From the NCBI GenBank assembly GCA_044892525.1, contig CM097885.1, positions 40,550,001 to 40,614,000 on the forward strand: a stretch of DNA of 64,000 bases, given 5' to 3'. The position numbers and the translations under genes are program-made. A model generated the notes under the pieces. The model worked only from the letters and a program-made list of their open reading frames with translations, was not told the origin of the DNA and made no database searches. Of this stretch, positions 32,069-50,034 are shown one piece after another. Position 1 is the first letter of the stretch. Every line of letters begins with the position of its first letter. Source of the stretch: Schmidtea polychroa (taxonomy: Eukaryota).

Positions 32069-33504
32069 GATCAGTTCGCTAGTCATGTGTGATGAAAATG
32101 TAAAACTTGAAGACGCCTTTTAGACAGACCATCAAGTATTGGTTGGCAAAATGAGTAAGGGTCCCCTATGCCAATCACAGTGTTTAAAGTTCTAAATCAA
32201 CAAATTCATTTATTAGAATTACTTTTACAATGTAAAGTTGAAAACCCGAATGATTCACTTTTTAGCTTTTATCATGTAATATTAACAACGTCCTTTTAAT
32301 TTTTTTAGTTCTTTTCATAAAGCTATACATGAATTTATATCATTACACTTAGCATTAGTAGATATATCGTAGAAAAACAAAGTTACACAATTTACTCGTT
32401 GATTACTTGTTTGAACTATTTACATTTCTTTATCACACTTGAAATAGCATCGAATAGTCTAAAAGAAATGAAGATAAACAAAATTGCAATGTAATAAACA
32501 AAAATAATAAAATAATATTTTCAAATTACAGCTAACATTTACCGCAGGAATCTTTTATAAATAATTAAATATTTTATATTTTCACAAGTAATAATATTTA
32601 TTTTATTTGTGCGGCTTTATTCTGCTGACGAGATTTAGCGCATTCTACTGGAATGTATTGTAATTTCTGACTATTTCGGTAAGTTTATATGTAATTTATA
32701 TTATTTTCTCACTGAACAAGCGACGAAAGCTTTAGCAGAAACCGATTTTAAATTAATCACTTCTCTAAATTAATTGAATATTTTAATTATCTTTTTCTTA
32801 AGCTTCATGTTATATTATTATCCATTGCTAGCAGGTTTACAAAATTATAATTATGTAATTTCGCGTTTATTTTTTAAAATCAAAAACACTTTATCCTTCG
32901 CAATTTCGTTAAATTTTCTAGAAAATTATATAGCATCTGGTGTAATAATCATCAATTTTATGCTGGGTTACAATTAAAATACATCTATTTATGTAAGTTT
33001 TAATAATATTTTTTGCAAAAAGTATTAAAATTTATTTTTGTTAACAAGAGAAAATTAAAATACTTAAATTAATTGTTTTAAAGAAATATATTTTTACTTT
33101 GTATTATAAATTAATTATTAAAATTGATAAAATAAAATTTTTTTTGTCTTGATTAAAACAAATAACAATTATAAATAAAAGAATTTTGTGATAAATCCAT
33201 TAAAACGTAATTTACATCCAACTTTTAAAGGTATTGTTAATAATGCTAATAAAAAATCTTTGAATAGATATTAACTTTTTGGACATAATTTATTATATTT
33301 ATTTTATTTTAAGTTTCATATTTTTTATGTGTAGGCTCCCACGTCTTTTTTCCAGAAAACCTTAAGTTTCATCTATTTTCATGATCAAATGCATATATTT
33401 AGTCTGATCATTGACTACCACGCATTAAACTTTCAAATAAATGACATATGAAACTTGTGATATCAGAATTTGGTTATTTTTGAAAATATTTTGTTATTTT
33501 GAAA

Positions 33505-37956
<4,452 letters not shown>

Positions 37957-38569
37957 CTCGGTGACACTTGGCAATTATCTTTTATTCCAAAATCAGTGTT
38001 TTTTGTAATTTCTTTTATTAAAATTAATTTTTAAATTCTTTTAAAATTACTGCTATAACTGTACAAAATACCTTTCCGTAAAAAACATTTTTAAATGATA
38101 ATTTTAACACTCTCGTGAAAGGAGAAAAGAAGAGCATCCTAAACTTACTTTTAAAATATTACAAATTTTCATAAAATAATTTATTTCGAACAAAAGACTT
38201 ATTCGATATCGCCTTTAAAATAAAAATAAAAGCATCTTTCTTATTAAATATACTTCCTTCTCGGTCCAATTACCAATTCTTTGAAGCTGTGATTCTGAAA
38301 ACACATTAAAATTGTGTTTAAATGTATTGAGAAATTGTACGCTTTTTTTGGAAATTTATACAATCAAACAATCGTTCATATAGTATATAAGTGTGAAGGG
38401 CTTAAACTAACGAAGTTAGGGTGACACTATCATTTTTAACCAACATAGGACAGTACCGTTTGGATTATTACATTATTTTAGCAGAAAACAAATTGTAATC
38501 TGACTTCATGTACTCTTTGATTAAAACAAAAAAAACATAATATAATAAAGTTTTATATTCAATCGTAAA

Positions 38570-39070
38570 TAAATACAAAATGTTTCACCAAAAAGTTCGT
38601 CGTAGTTTACAAGATACGTTTAGTACTTTGACTTTCTCAAAATATAAAGGTTTTCATGAAAACGTTTAAAAACCATGTTCAGTCTGTGTGGCACAAAATA
38701 TCTCAACAAGTCGCCCAAACATTTCTAGTTCTAAAGAAAGGTTGTAGTAAGGATATTGTAAATTAACTTGATAATTCTGTACAGGCAACTGTAATTGAGA
38801 ATAGAAAACAATTACACCCTATTTTATCTTCAATGATATTTTGTGGTACGAACGATTTAGCTTAGAGATAAAAGTAAAGCGATATAGGAAATATCTAAGA
38901 ATTGTTTTCTTTTCGTATTAAAACCAGTGATAGTATATTAAAACGCATTTTATAACCGCTCTTGTAACGCATACTATACTTCCCATGATGAGGCAAAATA
39001 AATTAATTAATAAATGCAAAAATATCCTTCGTAAAGATGTTGTTGTTGCATCATTAGACTCACCAGACAA
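38570..39070 (+). mobile_element. Decayed hAT transposase fragment (DUF4371 / THAP12-like region)
   Basis: ENRKQLHPILSSMIFCGTNDLA*R...GNI*EL...YTSH...QN resembles the ENRKKL.PI...I.FCG...ALRGH motif; contains stops. Confidence 0.65.
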
Positions 39071-39284
39071 TTCTCTACAAAGTGATATGTAAAGTTTATT
39101 AAAATGTTTTTGATTTTCTAATTTTGCATTATTTGCACTTCAAGTTTTCAAATTTTTGACAAAATATATTTGCAAGTATTTATACATCATTCAACTCGTA
39201 TTCAGACGTTCCTTATGACAAAATTATTCATTTTCAATAATTTAAATATAACATGCATTGAAGTATTTAAAAATAATTCTTTAA

Positions 39285-39422
39285 CTGTTTGCAGACGGAA
39301 TTAATTTTAATAAGTAGTGTTATTTAAGCATAAAGTTTTTTAGTATACGAATGCCCGATATATTGTAGAACGACTGGAACAAAATTCGTGGCCAGCAGTG
39401 CTGGCCTACCGTCCGCAAACGG
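39285..39422. mobile_element. piggyBac-type MITE (138 bp)
   Basis: TTAA|CTGTTTGCAGACGG...CCGTCCGCAAACGG|TTAA; same family as 51661-51891. Confidence 0.8.
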
Positions 39423-40910
39423 TTAAAAGTCTTTAGTTAATTTTATAATTACTTGAAAAACGTTTTGAAAAATTAAAATAAAATGTCTAAGACTGAAATT
39501 TTTCCATGATCCAAAGATTTGGTTAAATAATTTTATTATTATGATTATTTGAAAATGTATAAACAAATGTATATACAAATGTACAAAAGGAAAGTGGACT
39601 GGTGGGAATACTAAAAGTCCCATGAATTGGTTTATTTTAAAAAAATGCAATGATAATTACTGAGTTACGTTGAACAGCCTATCTTTATAAATTCAAAAAA
39701 GAATGACAATAAAGTTTTATTCTAATCTAGAATTGAGACAGAGAAAAATAAGTGATTCTTTTTTTTCTTGAAAGGCTCACTTCTACTCACTGAATGATGG
39801 CTTTTTATTTACTAAATATTTCGTCACATTTGGAAAAAATGGAAGAGAAATAAAATTTTAGTTAAAATAAAAACTTCAATTATAAAACGTTTATATTCAA
39901 ATTAAAAAATAATTGGACTTTTTGTTAGTATAAAAATACCTTTAACATTCAAAATAATTTCATAATTGTGTAATATGTTATTTTAAAGATTTCCTCGAAA
40001 CATCTTTATCCGAGATGAGGTCGTTAAACTTTTCAAAAGGCTTTGAAAAGTTTAAAATTATCATTCAACTGTTATTTCCATTTTCGCGATAAAGGTTTTC
40101 ACATATTCAACTAGGTCCTATAAGTTTGATATAGATAACCAATGTTGTAACAACTAAAGGGAACTTTATAACAAGTAGAAATTTTTAAAAATATTTTTTA
40201 ATTAAAGATTTTTTAATAATTCAAACAAAAATTGGCAATGATAAGAAAAGTACTTGTAATGTGACAACTATTGTATCACTTTAAGGATTGTCTTACATAA
40301 TTGTAAATACTTCAGGCATAGAGTTTTCTTTTATCTAAAATTACGCATTTATTATTTTTTTGAAATCATAAAATACATTTTTCAAACATATATAAAATAC
40401 AAAGTAGAAAAAGTAAAAAAATGAAATATCTTATACTTATTTTTTTAAAATTTTTTTAAAAAATTCAAAATATTCATATTAATCTATATAATATATTTTC
40501 CCCCCAATAAAAAATAATATAAAATTCATATAATGTATACAAGTTATTGAATATGAATAAAAAATTTTGATTTTTCCAAAAAAATTTAATTTGCTGAAAA
40601 TAATAATGAAGAAAAAGTTTTCAGATCAAATCCAACCAATTAAAATCAACCTTTTGGAAATAAAAAATATTTAAAATGAAAATAATTATTAAATAAATTA
40701 ATTAATAAATTTGATGAATACCATGCCAGGAGTTTGTATTTGTGTCATTTTCTCGGTGAGGAAAGGAAATGATATTTACAATATTATCAAATTTTTATGT
40801 ACAAAACGTGCTATCAACTAAGATTTCCTCAAATAATTGTAATCCAATAAGATTAAATATTCACGAATTGACAACATAATTTATTTGCAGTATTTGAACA
40901 TATTTTTCGA

Positions 40911-41891
40911 ATGAATATTTTACCAGGAGATTGTATTCAACAAGATTTGAAAACTCTCGATGTTTTGGTTTTGATTTTTTTTTCGATCTTTGGTTCCATT
41001 GGAAACGTGTTGATAATCCTCTCAATTCTCCTGTTTCCCAACATGCGTAGGTCAATGAATATTTTCATAGCATCGATATCCGTTGCGGATCTGATCAATT
41101 GCTGTTACAGCATTCCATGGACAATTTATTACAGGATCAATTGCTTTCCTATGGTTACGGATAACTGGTGTACGTTCAATGGATTTCTGTTGTTTCTTTG
41201 CGCTGGCGTTGCGAATTTCAGCTTCATGCTCATTGCCATCAATCGGCGGTTTTTCGTTCTCAATCGAATGTTTTACAATAAGATATTTTCCAATAAAAAA
41301 ATAATTTTTTATACAATTTCCATTTGGATATTTTGGTTTGGTTTTGGAATTTTGATATACTTTTTGAAAGCTATTCATTACATTCCGAATTCATTTATTT
41401 GTTTTTATTTTGATGATCTCGCCCCATTTGAGGCTAGTGCTGGATTCACAATTTTCGGTGTTGCGATACCAAGTTTTCTCTCAGCTTTTTGTTATATTTC
41501 TATTTTCTACAATATGATCAAAATCAAAATGAAGATCACCCAATCTATTTCTGCTAATCCGTCACTGAGTCGTGGTCAACAGACTGGAGAAACTCAACTC
41601 GAAACGCAAGAGAAAAAGGCGATAATAAGTGCAGTCGTGACGTTTTTGTTATTCAACACTTGTTGGACCCCGTATTGTATTCATATTTATATTGATAAAT
41701 TTATAATTCCAGTTCCACCTTTTGTTCACAAAACAATTATTTGGATGGCGATGATAAATTCAAGTTTCAATCCCATAATTTATGGTCTTTTAAACACGAA
41801 ATTTCGAGAATCTATATGGAATATATTCCACTTTAAATGTAATTTTCATCAGAAATTCAATTTTAGCACTTCAAAATCTATAATTTCATAG
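40911..41891 (+). CDS. Intronless class A (rhodopsin-family) GPCR, melatonin-receptor/moody-like orphan, 326 aa
   Basis: Seven hydrophobic segments; GN (TM1), SVADL (TM2), INRR in place of DRY, CWTP (TM6), NSSFNPIIY (TM7). No retinal-binding Lys. Confidence 0.92.
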   Translation: MNILPGDCIQQDLKTLDVLVLIFFSIFGSIGNVLIILSILLFPNMRRSMNIFIASISVADLINCCYSIPWTIYYRINCFPMVTDNWCTFNGFLLFLCAGVANFSFMLIAINRRFFVLNRMFYNKIFSNKKIIFYTISIWIFWFGFGILIYFLKAIHYIPNSFICFYFDDLAPFEASAGFTIFGVAIPSFLSAFCYISIFYNMIKIKMKITQSISANPSLSRGQQTGETQLETQEKKAIISAVVTFLLFNTCWTPYCIHIYIDKFIIPVPPFVHKTIIWMAMINSSFNPIIYGLLNTKFRESIWNIFHFKCNFHQKFNFSTSKSIIS

Positions 41892-43789
41892 AAATATTGA
41901 CTTCCATTTGTCTTTTGAATTATTTACATTATGAAATACTTTTCAGGCATGGTATAAGTTGAATAAAATATTTAGTCTATTATATAAAATTTAATTTGAT
42001 ACGTTATAAATTTATATCTAATAAAATTAATAAAAAAATTCTCTAATCCATTATAATCTTTTTTCTGATTTTTTTTAACATTCTAAATTCTAATAAAAAC
42101 TCTCGATTTTGTTTTAATTAATATTGCGAATGAAGTTGCAATAGAAATAATAATTATAATAAAATCTTATTTTATTAGTGTGATGTGTTTTCAGCTGAGA
42201 ATTAAATATTTCAATGATTAATTACGATAATTTTAAATGATAAATAATTTACTATTAAAATAATTATTAAAATAAATATCTTTTTAAAATAATTTTTAAA
42301 TTGAATTTTTTAAATTGAAAAATTGAAAAATTAAACAAGCTTTTTATTTTTATTAGTAATCATTTTTAAATAAATATATTTTAAATATCGAAATTTTAAT
42401 AGATAGTTTTGAAGGTATATTATTCAACGCTGAAAATTTATTTGAAAATTATACAATATTTCATAAAATAAATACTTGGAATTATGTCGTTAACTTTTGA
42501 ACCTGATTTAAAAAATAATTTAGAAGACGTGTTAGCAGCTTCTAATAATTAAAAAAGTATTATAATTTATAAATAATTACAATAATATTTTTTTATTAAC
42601 CCTTTGAAACGAAAATTAATTGATGCAGGCAAAATTGGCAAAATAATGGTGAAACATTGACATTGTATACAATATAAATAGTTGAGATGGGTCGGGACAT
42701 AAATTTGGAATTGTAACCTCTAATGCTACTTTTTTTTGGAATGGGTTGACTTAATGTTTCTTTCAAATATCATTTTTATTTATTAACGATTTGTTTAAAT
42801 ATTGTATAGGGATGTGGTATTAGAATAATGTCAGCATTTTGAACACGATACCTGATTTTTCACAATGTTGTTGATATGCCTTAAAATGTTTTTCAAAATG
42901 TGTTTTGCATTTCAAAAATGCATCATATCGTATTGAAATATCCTTTAATGTTCTTTATAAAAACGAAGTTACAAACACTTCAGATGTCCTTACTTTCTGA
43001 TATGGCTGGACTATAAAAAGACAGTGAAAAAATATTATTATATTGATAAGATGGTGTGAAACAACTACTTTACTTTTTATATTTGTTCAAATGCGTCTTG
43101 GCTCCATATTCAATAATTAATTACTAATCTTTCCATATTAGTAACTATGATAGTATATAATAGAGGTTGATTAAAGTTTATTTTATAAATTGTATCCTAA
43201 TAAAATGTACAAATAGTGATGTTCATGCATGAGGAAATATTAGAATTTACCATTAACTCCAACAGTGAAAATGTTCAAAATAGGAATATTCATGCATTAG
43301 GGAGATTGGCCAAGTTTATTAAATTATATATAAATCTCGGTAAAAAAAGTGCGGCCGCAATTTTTGCTCAATGTTATATGGGAGGCTTACTGTATAATAT
43401 GAGTATTTTGCTTTCGTATATTATAAAAACTCGACATAATGAATAAGCATGATATTTTATGAAAAATCTATTATAAAACAACTAGAAATCTCCTAGAAAT
43501 CGCCTTTTTTGTGCTCTTTTCTTTTCTCATGAAGAATACATTTTCTCAAATATATTGTCATATTGGGTTTTAACGTGACTTTTGACAGCTGGGACTCAAA
43601 TAAATAATAATTTTGACATTAATTCAAAACTGTAAAACAATACATTCATCTCCGTTCTCAAGTTCTAGATAACTGTCAACTGAGGGAATTGATTTATATC
43701 AGCAAGCACAGTTTTTTGTTTAGGTTTACATTTCTACTTTTGAAGGTGGTATCTAATTCCTGTTTTTTAACTTCGTGTTTTAAGAAGTT

Positions 43790-43930
43790 CGGATTCTTGG
43801 ATCTTGGTTATGAATATTTATGTCATGGGTGCAATGCCACATACATTGGAATGACTGCCCGTCATCTCCTTTTTCAAGTTCCTGATCACTATCGACTGAA
43901 GGAGTTGATTATTATTAGTAAACACAATTT
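43790..43930 (+). mobile_element. GIY-YIG endonuclease relic (Penelope-like)
   Basis: YEYLCHGCNATYIGMTARHL. Confidence 0.65.
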
Positions 43931-45213
43931 TGTGAAAAATTTATTATGATTTTGTTTGATTTCAACTTTTGTGAATTTTAAAAGTTTTAAAATTTTCATA
44001 ATTTTTAAAGTTTGAATTGAAAAAACAGAATTTTGTGAATTTTTGGCGAAATTAATTTAAAAAAAATTGATGGATTAGTTAATTAGTTTGTTTAAATAAG
44101 AGCAATTTATATTGATTTAGTTTGATTTTCAATTCTACCTGAAGATGACAGTGAAATATACACATTGGATTTGGTGCTTTTCGTTTTACTTAATTCAATA
44201 TAGTGAATATAGTGATTGCTATAATAAATACATTTTTTATTTAAATTATAACTGAGTCAATCGCAAAGATAAAACTATTATCTCTTTTTAAAGATTGATT
44301 CCTTGATTAATTTTGCCTATATATCGCTACTCTAAAATTTGGATGAAACTAAAGCATCTTAGTAAAAGGATCCCCAATAAAAAAATTCAGTATTTGATCT
44401 GGAAACTGAACTTTTTCTATAATCTAGGTACTAATTATTACCTATGAATTCTTCAACTAAAGAAAAGAAAATTTGGTTCAAAGTATGGTGAAATGACATT
44501 ATTTCTATTATTGTAGATTTCTACACAAAATATTCTTGTAAATATTTTTGTGGACATTTTATGAAAATATACGGCCTTGTTATGACACAATTTATTCACA
44601 ATTTATTTAAATTATAAATATTAAACTTTCATATTATTATTTGTAAGACTAAAGATCAAAACAATACATAAGGTACACGATATTGTTTAAAAAACTATGT
44701 TATAAAACTATGACCCTGGGCAAAACTAATAGTCTTAAAAACATTATTATGAAAATTATTGAATTAAAAATAAAATCAAGGGTGAAACGAAAAGATAAAT
44801 ATGACAAATATTAAACGACATTTGATAATTAACAACGAAATATTTTTCATTTCTCTTTTGTCATAACTTTGAAATTATACAATATATTATACAGTATATA
44901 CAGTAAATTATAAATTGCTTTAAAAATCTTTTATCGATTTTTTTATAAATTCATTTTTCTTCGTTTCCGCAAATGCAGGAGAAAACATTATTTATTATTG
45001 TAAAAGTATTTTACAAATATAATATTAACTGTTAAATGACATCAACTGTAAACCCAAATGTTTGTCCTAATAGAGTTTGTATTGTCTGTCATTTACATCA
45101 TTTTGGGTACTCAAAGAAATGAAGTACATAAATGTAGGAAATGTTTTCTGCATTCTATATTTGCGAGTTAAGATATATTATACTTGTTAATGTATTTAAA
45201 CAAATAATTCATT

Positions 45214-45694
45214 CAGTGAAGTTCATTTATAAGAGACCTTTATATAAGCTACTCTAAAAATCCAAAATGCATGAAAATGTTTAATGCTAAGACAATATGA
45301 TGAAGAATCATATTGCTCGATTGATATAGAAAAATATATATAATTCTCATTTCTAAAATATATAACAAATTACTCCCAAGCAATATATTAACGGATAGTC
45401 AAATATTGGAATGGGCCGAAGGACGTAGAGAACATGGGGAGTCAAATATCATTGATAAAGAAAGAAATTAACTATCTTATTGAAATGCGAAACAAGGCTA
45501 CAGAAATGAAATTTAAATAAATAAATATTTCTAATTGAATTTATTTGAATTTATTTATAATGAGTGTGTATGTTGACAAATTTTTTTTAAATATTCCAAA
45601 CATTTAATTTTTATTGGTCGCTTATAAAAAATGTTTTAAACAATTTATTTTAGAAAGCAGTTTTGCGTTGGTTGCTTATAAATGAACTTTACTG
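45214..45694 (+). mobile_element. Non-autonomous pogo/Tigger-like element
   Basis: 25-bp TIR CAGTGAAGTTCATTTATAAGAGACC / GGTTGCTTATAAATGAACTTTACTG followed by TA; internal relic LTDSQILEW resembles Tigger C-termini. Confidence 0.7.
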
Positions 45695-47107
45695 TATAAG
45701 AACTTAAATAAAGTTGATTGAAAACGAGTTCAAATTACGTCGATCAAATAATAAACTTAATATGTAAAAATAATCAACTATCAATAATAATTATAGCGAG
45801 ATCCCCAAATGTGGGGAACATTTTTGAATATATTGTTAGAAAAATATAATATAAAATAACTAAAAATAATAATAATAAAAATGGTAGTTACTTAATATTA
45901 TGAGCCTTATTGAGAACTTAAATACAAATTTTGGAAAAGCAAAATTATTTAATTATGATTGGCTAATGGGCCGAAAAAATAAGTACATATGTAGCGTTTC
46001 AAATCATAATTCCCGCCTTTAATTTTTCTTCTTAAATCAAAGAAACAAACGTTATTTCAAGGATCCCTTATCAAACCAGATAAAAGGAAGCTCACAGAAT
46101 CCCTCGAATATACTAAACTTTGAAATAAGAAGTAAGAACAATATCTGTTATCTATTTATTAATTAACACAATTGTGAGTTATAATGCGTTTAAGATTTTA
46201 AAATAATTCAAAACCTCACTTCTTTTGCGTTTTCTCATACGCCGATCAGGAGACTTAGATCAGACCAACTTATTCATAAAACAACCTCCTAAATATTTGT
46301 ATAATTTTTCATTCGTAGTCCAGAACCATATGGTTGATGACACAGTTCCTAAAAGTGAAAATAAGTCTGGAATGAATGAAGACTTTAAAGGTTGGTTCAA
46401 CTACGAGAAAACATTTGAGATTCGAGCAAAAGATAGAATCGCTCATCAAACTAATGATTGGAGATAAATTAAAAAATATCAACAATTATTTTATCTATGT
46501 CAGTTGTAAAATTGGCAATGGTAGCACCTCGGGTTACCTCATACAATTAGATATTCGATGCTGAATACCATTTCTTGATTACATCGAGAAAGAACAGCCT
46601 GAAGCTGAATAACTCTATACAGTATCAACAATAACCTGAGCATAATGTGGCACTCATCTTGAAACACAAGCCCAAGTGTTTGATTATTGTGCGATGAAGA
46701 TTAATACAAAAAGAAATAAACATTCCAATTTTTTGAAGCCTGTTGCGGATTATATGATGGTAAAAGGTTTCCAGATTGATTTTGAGAATCTACCCGAAGG
46801 TATAAAGACGACATTGACGCCAGACCTCCTAAGAAAATCTTGGAGAAACAATATAATCTAAATGCTAAACAATACGGTTCCTTATGAGTCAAAAGACAAC
46901 GTAAATTTAATAACATCTGACAACTTTGAAACATATAAAGACCTTGCTTTGGAGATTAGTTATGCATACCACTGTAAAAAGGACCATTTCAGCGCCATTT
47001 TAATCACCTAATAAATGTCTTATAAATCAAATCGAGTTCTTTATTGTATGTTCATATTTATTCAATTAACACGCACCTATCAAATAGGGTTGTAGTCTAT
47101 CCACAAG

Positions 47108-47125
47108 ATAATAATGATAATAATG

Positions 47126-47181
<56 letters not shown>

Positions 47182-47196
47182 TATTATTATTATTAT

Positions 47197-47250
<54 letters not shown>

Positions 47251-47289
47251 TATTATTATTATTATAATGATAATAATAATAATAATAAA
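47108..47289. repeat. Compound (AAT)n/(TAT)n microsatellite with alternating polarity
   Basis: Direct reading; two embedded inverted (TAT) blocks. Confidence 0.95.
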
Positions 47290-48317
47290 TTTTAATAATT
47301 TTTATCACTATATTCCTTTCTTTGAAAAATGGGCTTGTCCTACTCTAAAATTAAACTAACCGTTTCTTTTATTTCTATTCTCTACTTAATATTAAAATGT
47401 ATAACACAATATCGCATATCAGATGAAAATATCTTACAAAAAAATTTATTTACTTTTTGTAAACATCTGTTATTAAATTTCTATGTTTTGCTATTTTTTC
47501 ATGCCGATTTGCATTTAATTTTTTAAATCATGTAACCGATATATTATTTTCATTGTCACAATGATATTTGTGTTTTTCACTAAATTTGGAAATTTTAGTG
47601 AAAAGTATTTCATTTCTTAACAAAAATAACTAAAAAAATTTCGCATAAATTATGCATAATTTTACAAATTAAAACAAACAACTCTGATAAAAATTCACTG
47701 GATCATAATAGTTAAAATAAATTATTACTAAATTTCATGATCTGTTGCTTAATCTTTTGCTTGTACCTTGTATCATATATGATACAGAACTTCCAGAAAT
47801 TGATTGACGAAACATTGTTTGACAGGCAAAGGTTTTAACTGTGAAATTATTTTAACGTTCAATCACAAACGAATTCCTTACTGCCGCACTACCAACTTTA
47901 TAAGCCTCTTCGTTGGTAAGTCTTAGAATCAAGCACTTCTACATTTCCATTTAAATTCTCGTTAAAAATTTAGGATAGTTTAGGAAAGTACCCAATTTGC
48001 AATGTTAATTATTACTTTATTATTAAATGTCAAGTTTAAAATATTTAATTATAATATTATTAAAATTTAAAATTGAAACCTAGTAAATAAAGACTGGTTT
48101 CTCTAATAAATCTTTTAAACTTGGTAATTTATTTTAGATGGCTTGTGATTGTGGGAAATGAATCACTTTCCTCTTCAAAAAAGGCTTCGGTTTTTTCAAA
48201 TCTTATTATTATTAAAACAATAAAATGATAATTTAAGCCTTTTGAGTCGAATAATACATTTAATACAAATAAAAAAAAATTCGACTATAAGATATATTAT
48301 TATTATAAGATATATTA

Positions 48318-48623
<306 letters not shown>

Positions 48624-48654
48624 ATGCTGCTACCAAGCAATCATCATTTTATAC

Positions 48655-48768
<114 letters not shown>

Positions 48769-49047
48769 ATTACTATTACAATCTATATATACGTTAATAA
48801 AATTTAACTGTTTTAAATGGCAATAACAAATTTAAACAAAAATATTTTTATTCAGTTCAATCCCAGATTTTCAAAAGTAAAGAATTTGACGAAATACATT
48901 TATGAAAACTAATAAATAAAAATACATTTTCATAAGAATTATAATGCTTCATTTTTAATTCTTTTCAAACAAAACTGTATTTTATATGCAAATATTAAAT
49001 GATAATTCGGAAACTAAAATTAAAAAGAAAATATCTCAATCCAATTA

Positions 49048-50034
49048 TTATTTCAATTCAATTCTTGAAATAGAAAAGGAAGAATTCGTACTTTGATTTC
49101 TTCCACATCTGCATCGAATAATATTCATTATATGAAATCTGAATTTCGTGTTTAAAAGTCCATAAATTATGGGATTGAAGCTTGAATTTATCATCGCCAT
49201 CCAAATAATTGTTTTGTGGACCAACGGTGGAATTAAAAACGCAAAATGGTCAATGTACACATGAATACAATACGGGGTCCAACAAGTGTTGAAAAACACG
49301 AAGGCCACGACTGCACTTATTATCGCTTTTTTCTCTTGTGTTTCGAGTTGCGTTTCTCCAGTCTGTTGACCACGACTCAGTGACGGATTAGCAGAAATAG
49401 ATTGGGTGATCTTCATTTTGATTTTGATCATATTGTAGAAAATAGAAATATAACAAAAAGCTGAGAGAAAACTTGGTATCGCAACACCGAAAATTGTGAA
49501 TCCAGCACTAGCCTCAAATGGGGCGAGATCATCAAAATAAAAACAAATAAATGAATTCGGAATGTAATGAATAGCTTTCAAAAAGTATATCAAAATTCCA
49601 AAACCAAACCAAAATATCCAAATGGAAATTGTATAAAAAATTATTTTTTTATTGGAAAATATCTTATTGTAAAGCATCCGATTGAGAACGAAAAACCGCC
49701 GATTGATGGCGATGAGCATGAAGCTGAAATTTGCAACGCCAGCGCAAAGAAACAACAGAAATCCATTGAACGTACACCAGTTATCCGTAACCGTAGGAAA
49801 ACAATTGATCCTGTAATAAATTGTCCACGGCATACTGTAACAGCAATTGATCAGATCCGCAACGGATATCGATGCTATGAAAATATTCATTGACCTACGC
49901 ATGTTGGGAAACAGGAGAATTGAGAGGATTATCAACACGTTTCCAATTGAACCAAAGATCGAAAAAAAAATCAAAACCGAAACATCGAGAGTTTTCAAAT
50001 CTTGTTGAATACAATCTCCTGGTAAAATATTCAT
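49048..50034 (-). CDS. Intronless class A GPCR, inverted paralog of 40911-41891, 328 aa
   Basis: Only 4 amino acid differences over the first ~243 residues; diverges in TM6-ECL3 and the C-terminal tail. Confidence 0.92.
   Translation of the reverse strand: MNILPGDCIQQDLKTLDVSVLIFFSIFGSIGNVLIILSILLFPNMRRSMNIFIASISVADLINCCYSMPWTIYYRINCFPTVTDNWCTFNGFLLFLCAGVANFSFMLIAINRRFFVLNRMLYNKIFSNKKIIFYTISIWIFWFGFGILIYFLKAIHYIPNSFICFYFDDLAPFEASAGFTIFGVAIPSFLSAFCYISIFYNMIKIKMKITQSISANPSLSRGQQTGETQLETQEKKAIISAVVAFVFFNTCWTPYCIHVYIDHFAFLIPPLVHKTIIWMAMINSSFNPIIYGLLNTKFRFHIMNIIRCRCGRNQSTNSSFSISRIELK

Noticed and set aside
32620..32730. Hammerhead-ribozyme-like CTGACGAG...CGAAA
   Set aside because: No proper stem II and no UH cleavage site in register with stem I. 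The interval contains GTAAGT...AG and looks more like a small intron upstream of GATM.
41052..41378. Antisense ORFs conserved in both GPCR copies, and those opposite the PFK-2 and RT genes
   Set aside because: They are shadows of the sense genes; their conservation is explained by the duplication.
40911..41891. Opsin identity for the GPCRs
   Set aside because: Position 7.43 in TM7 is Met, not the retinal-binding Lys.
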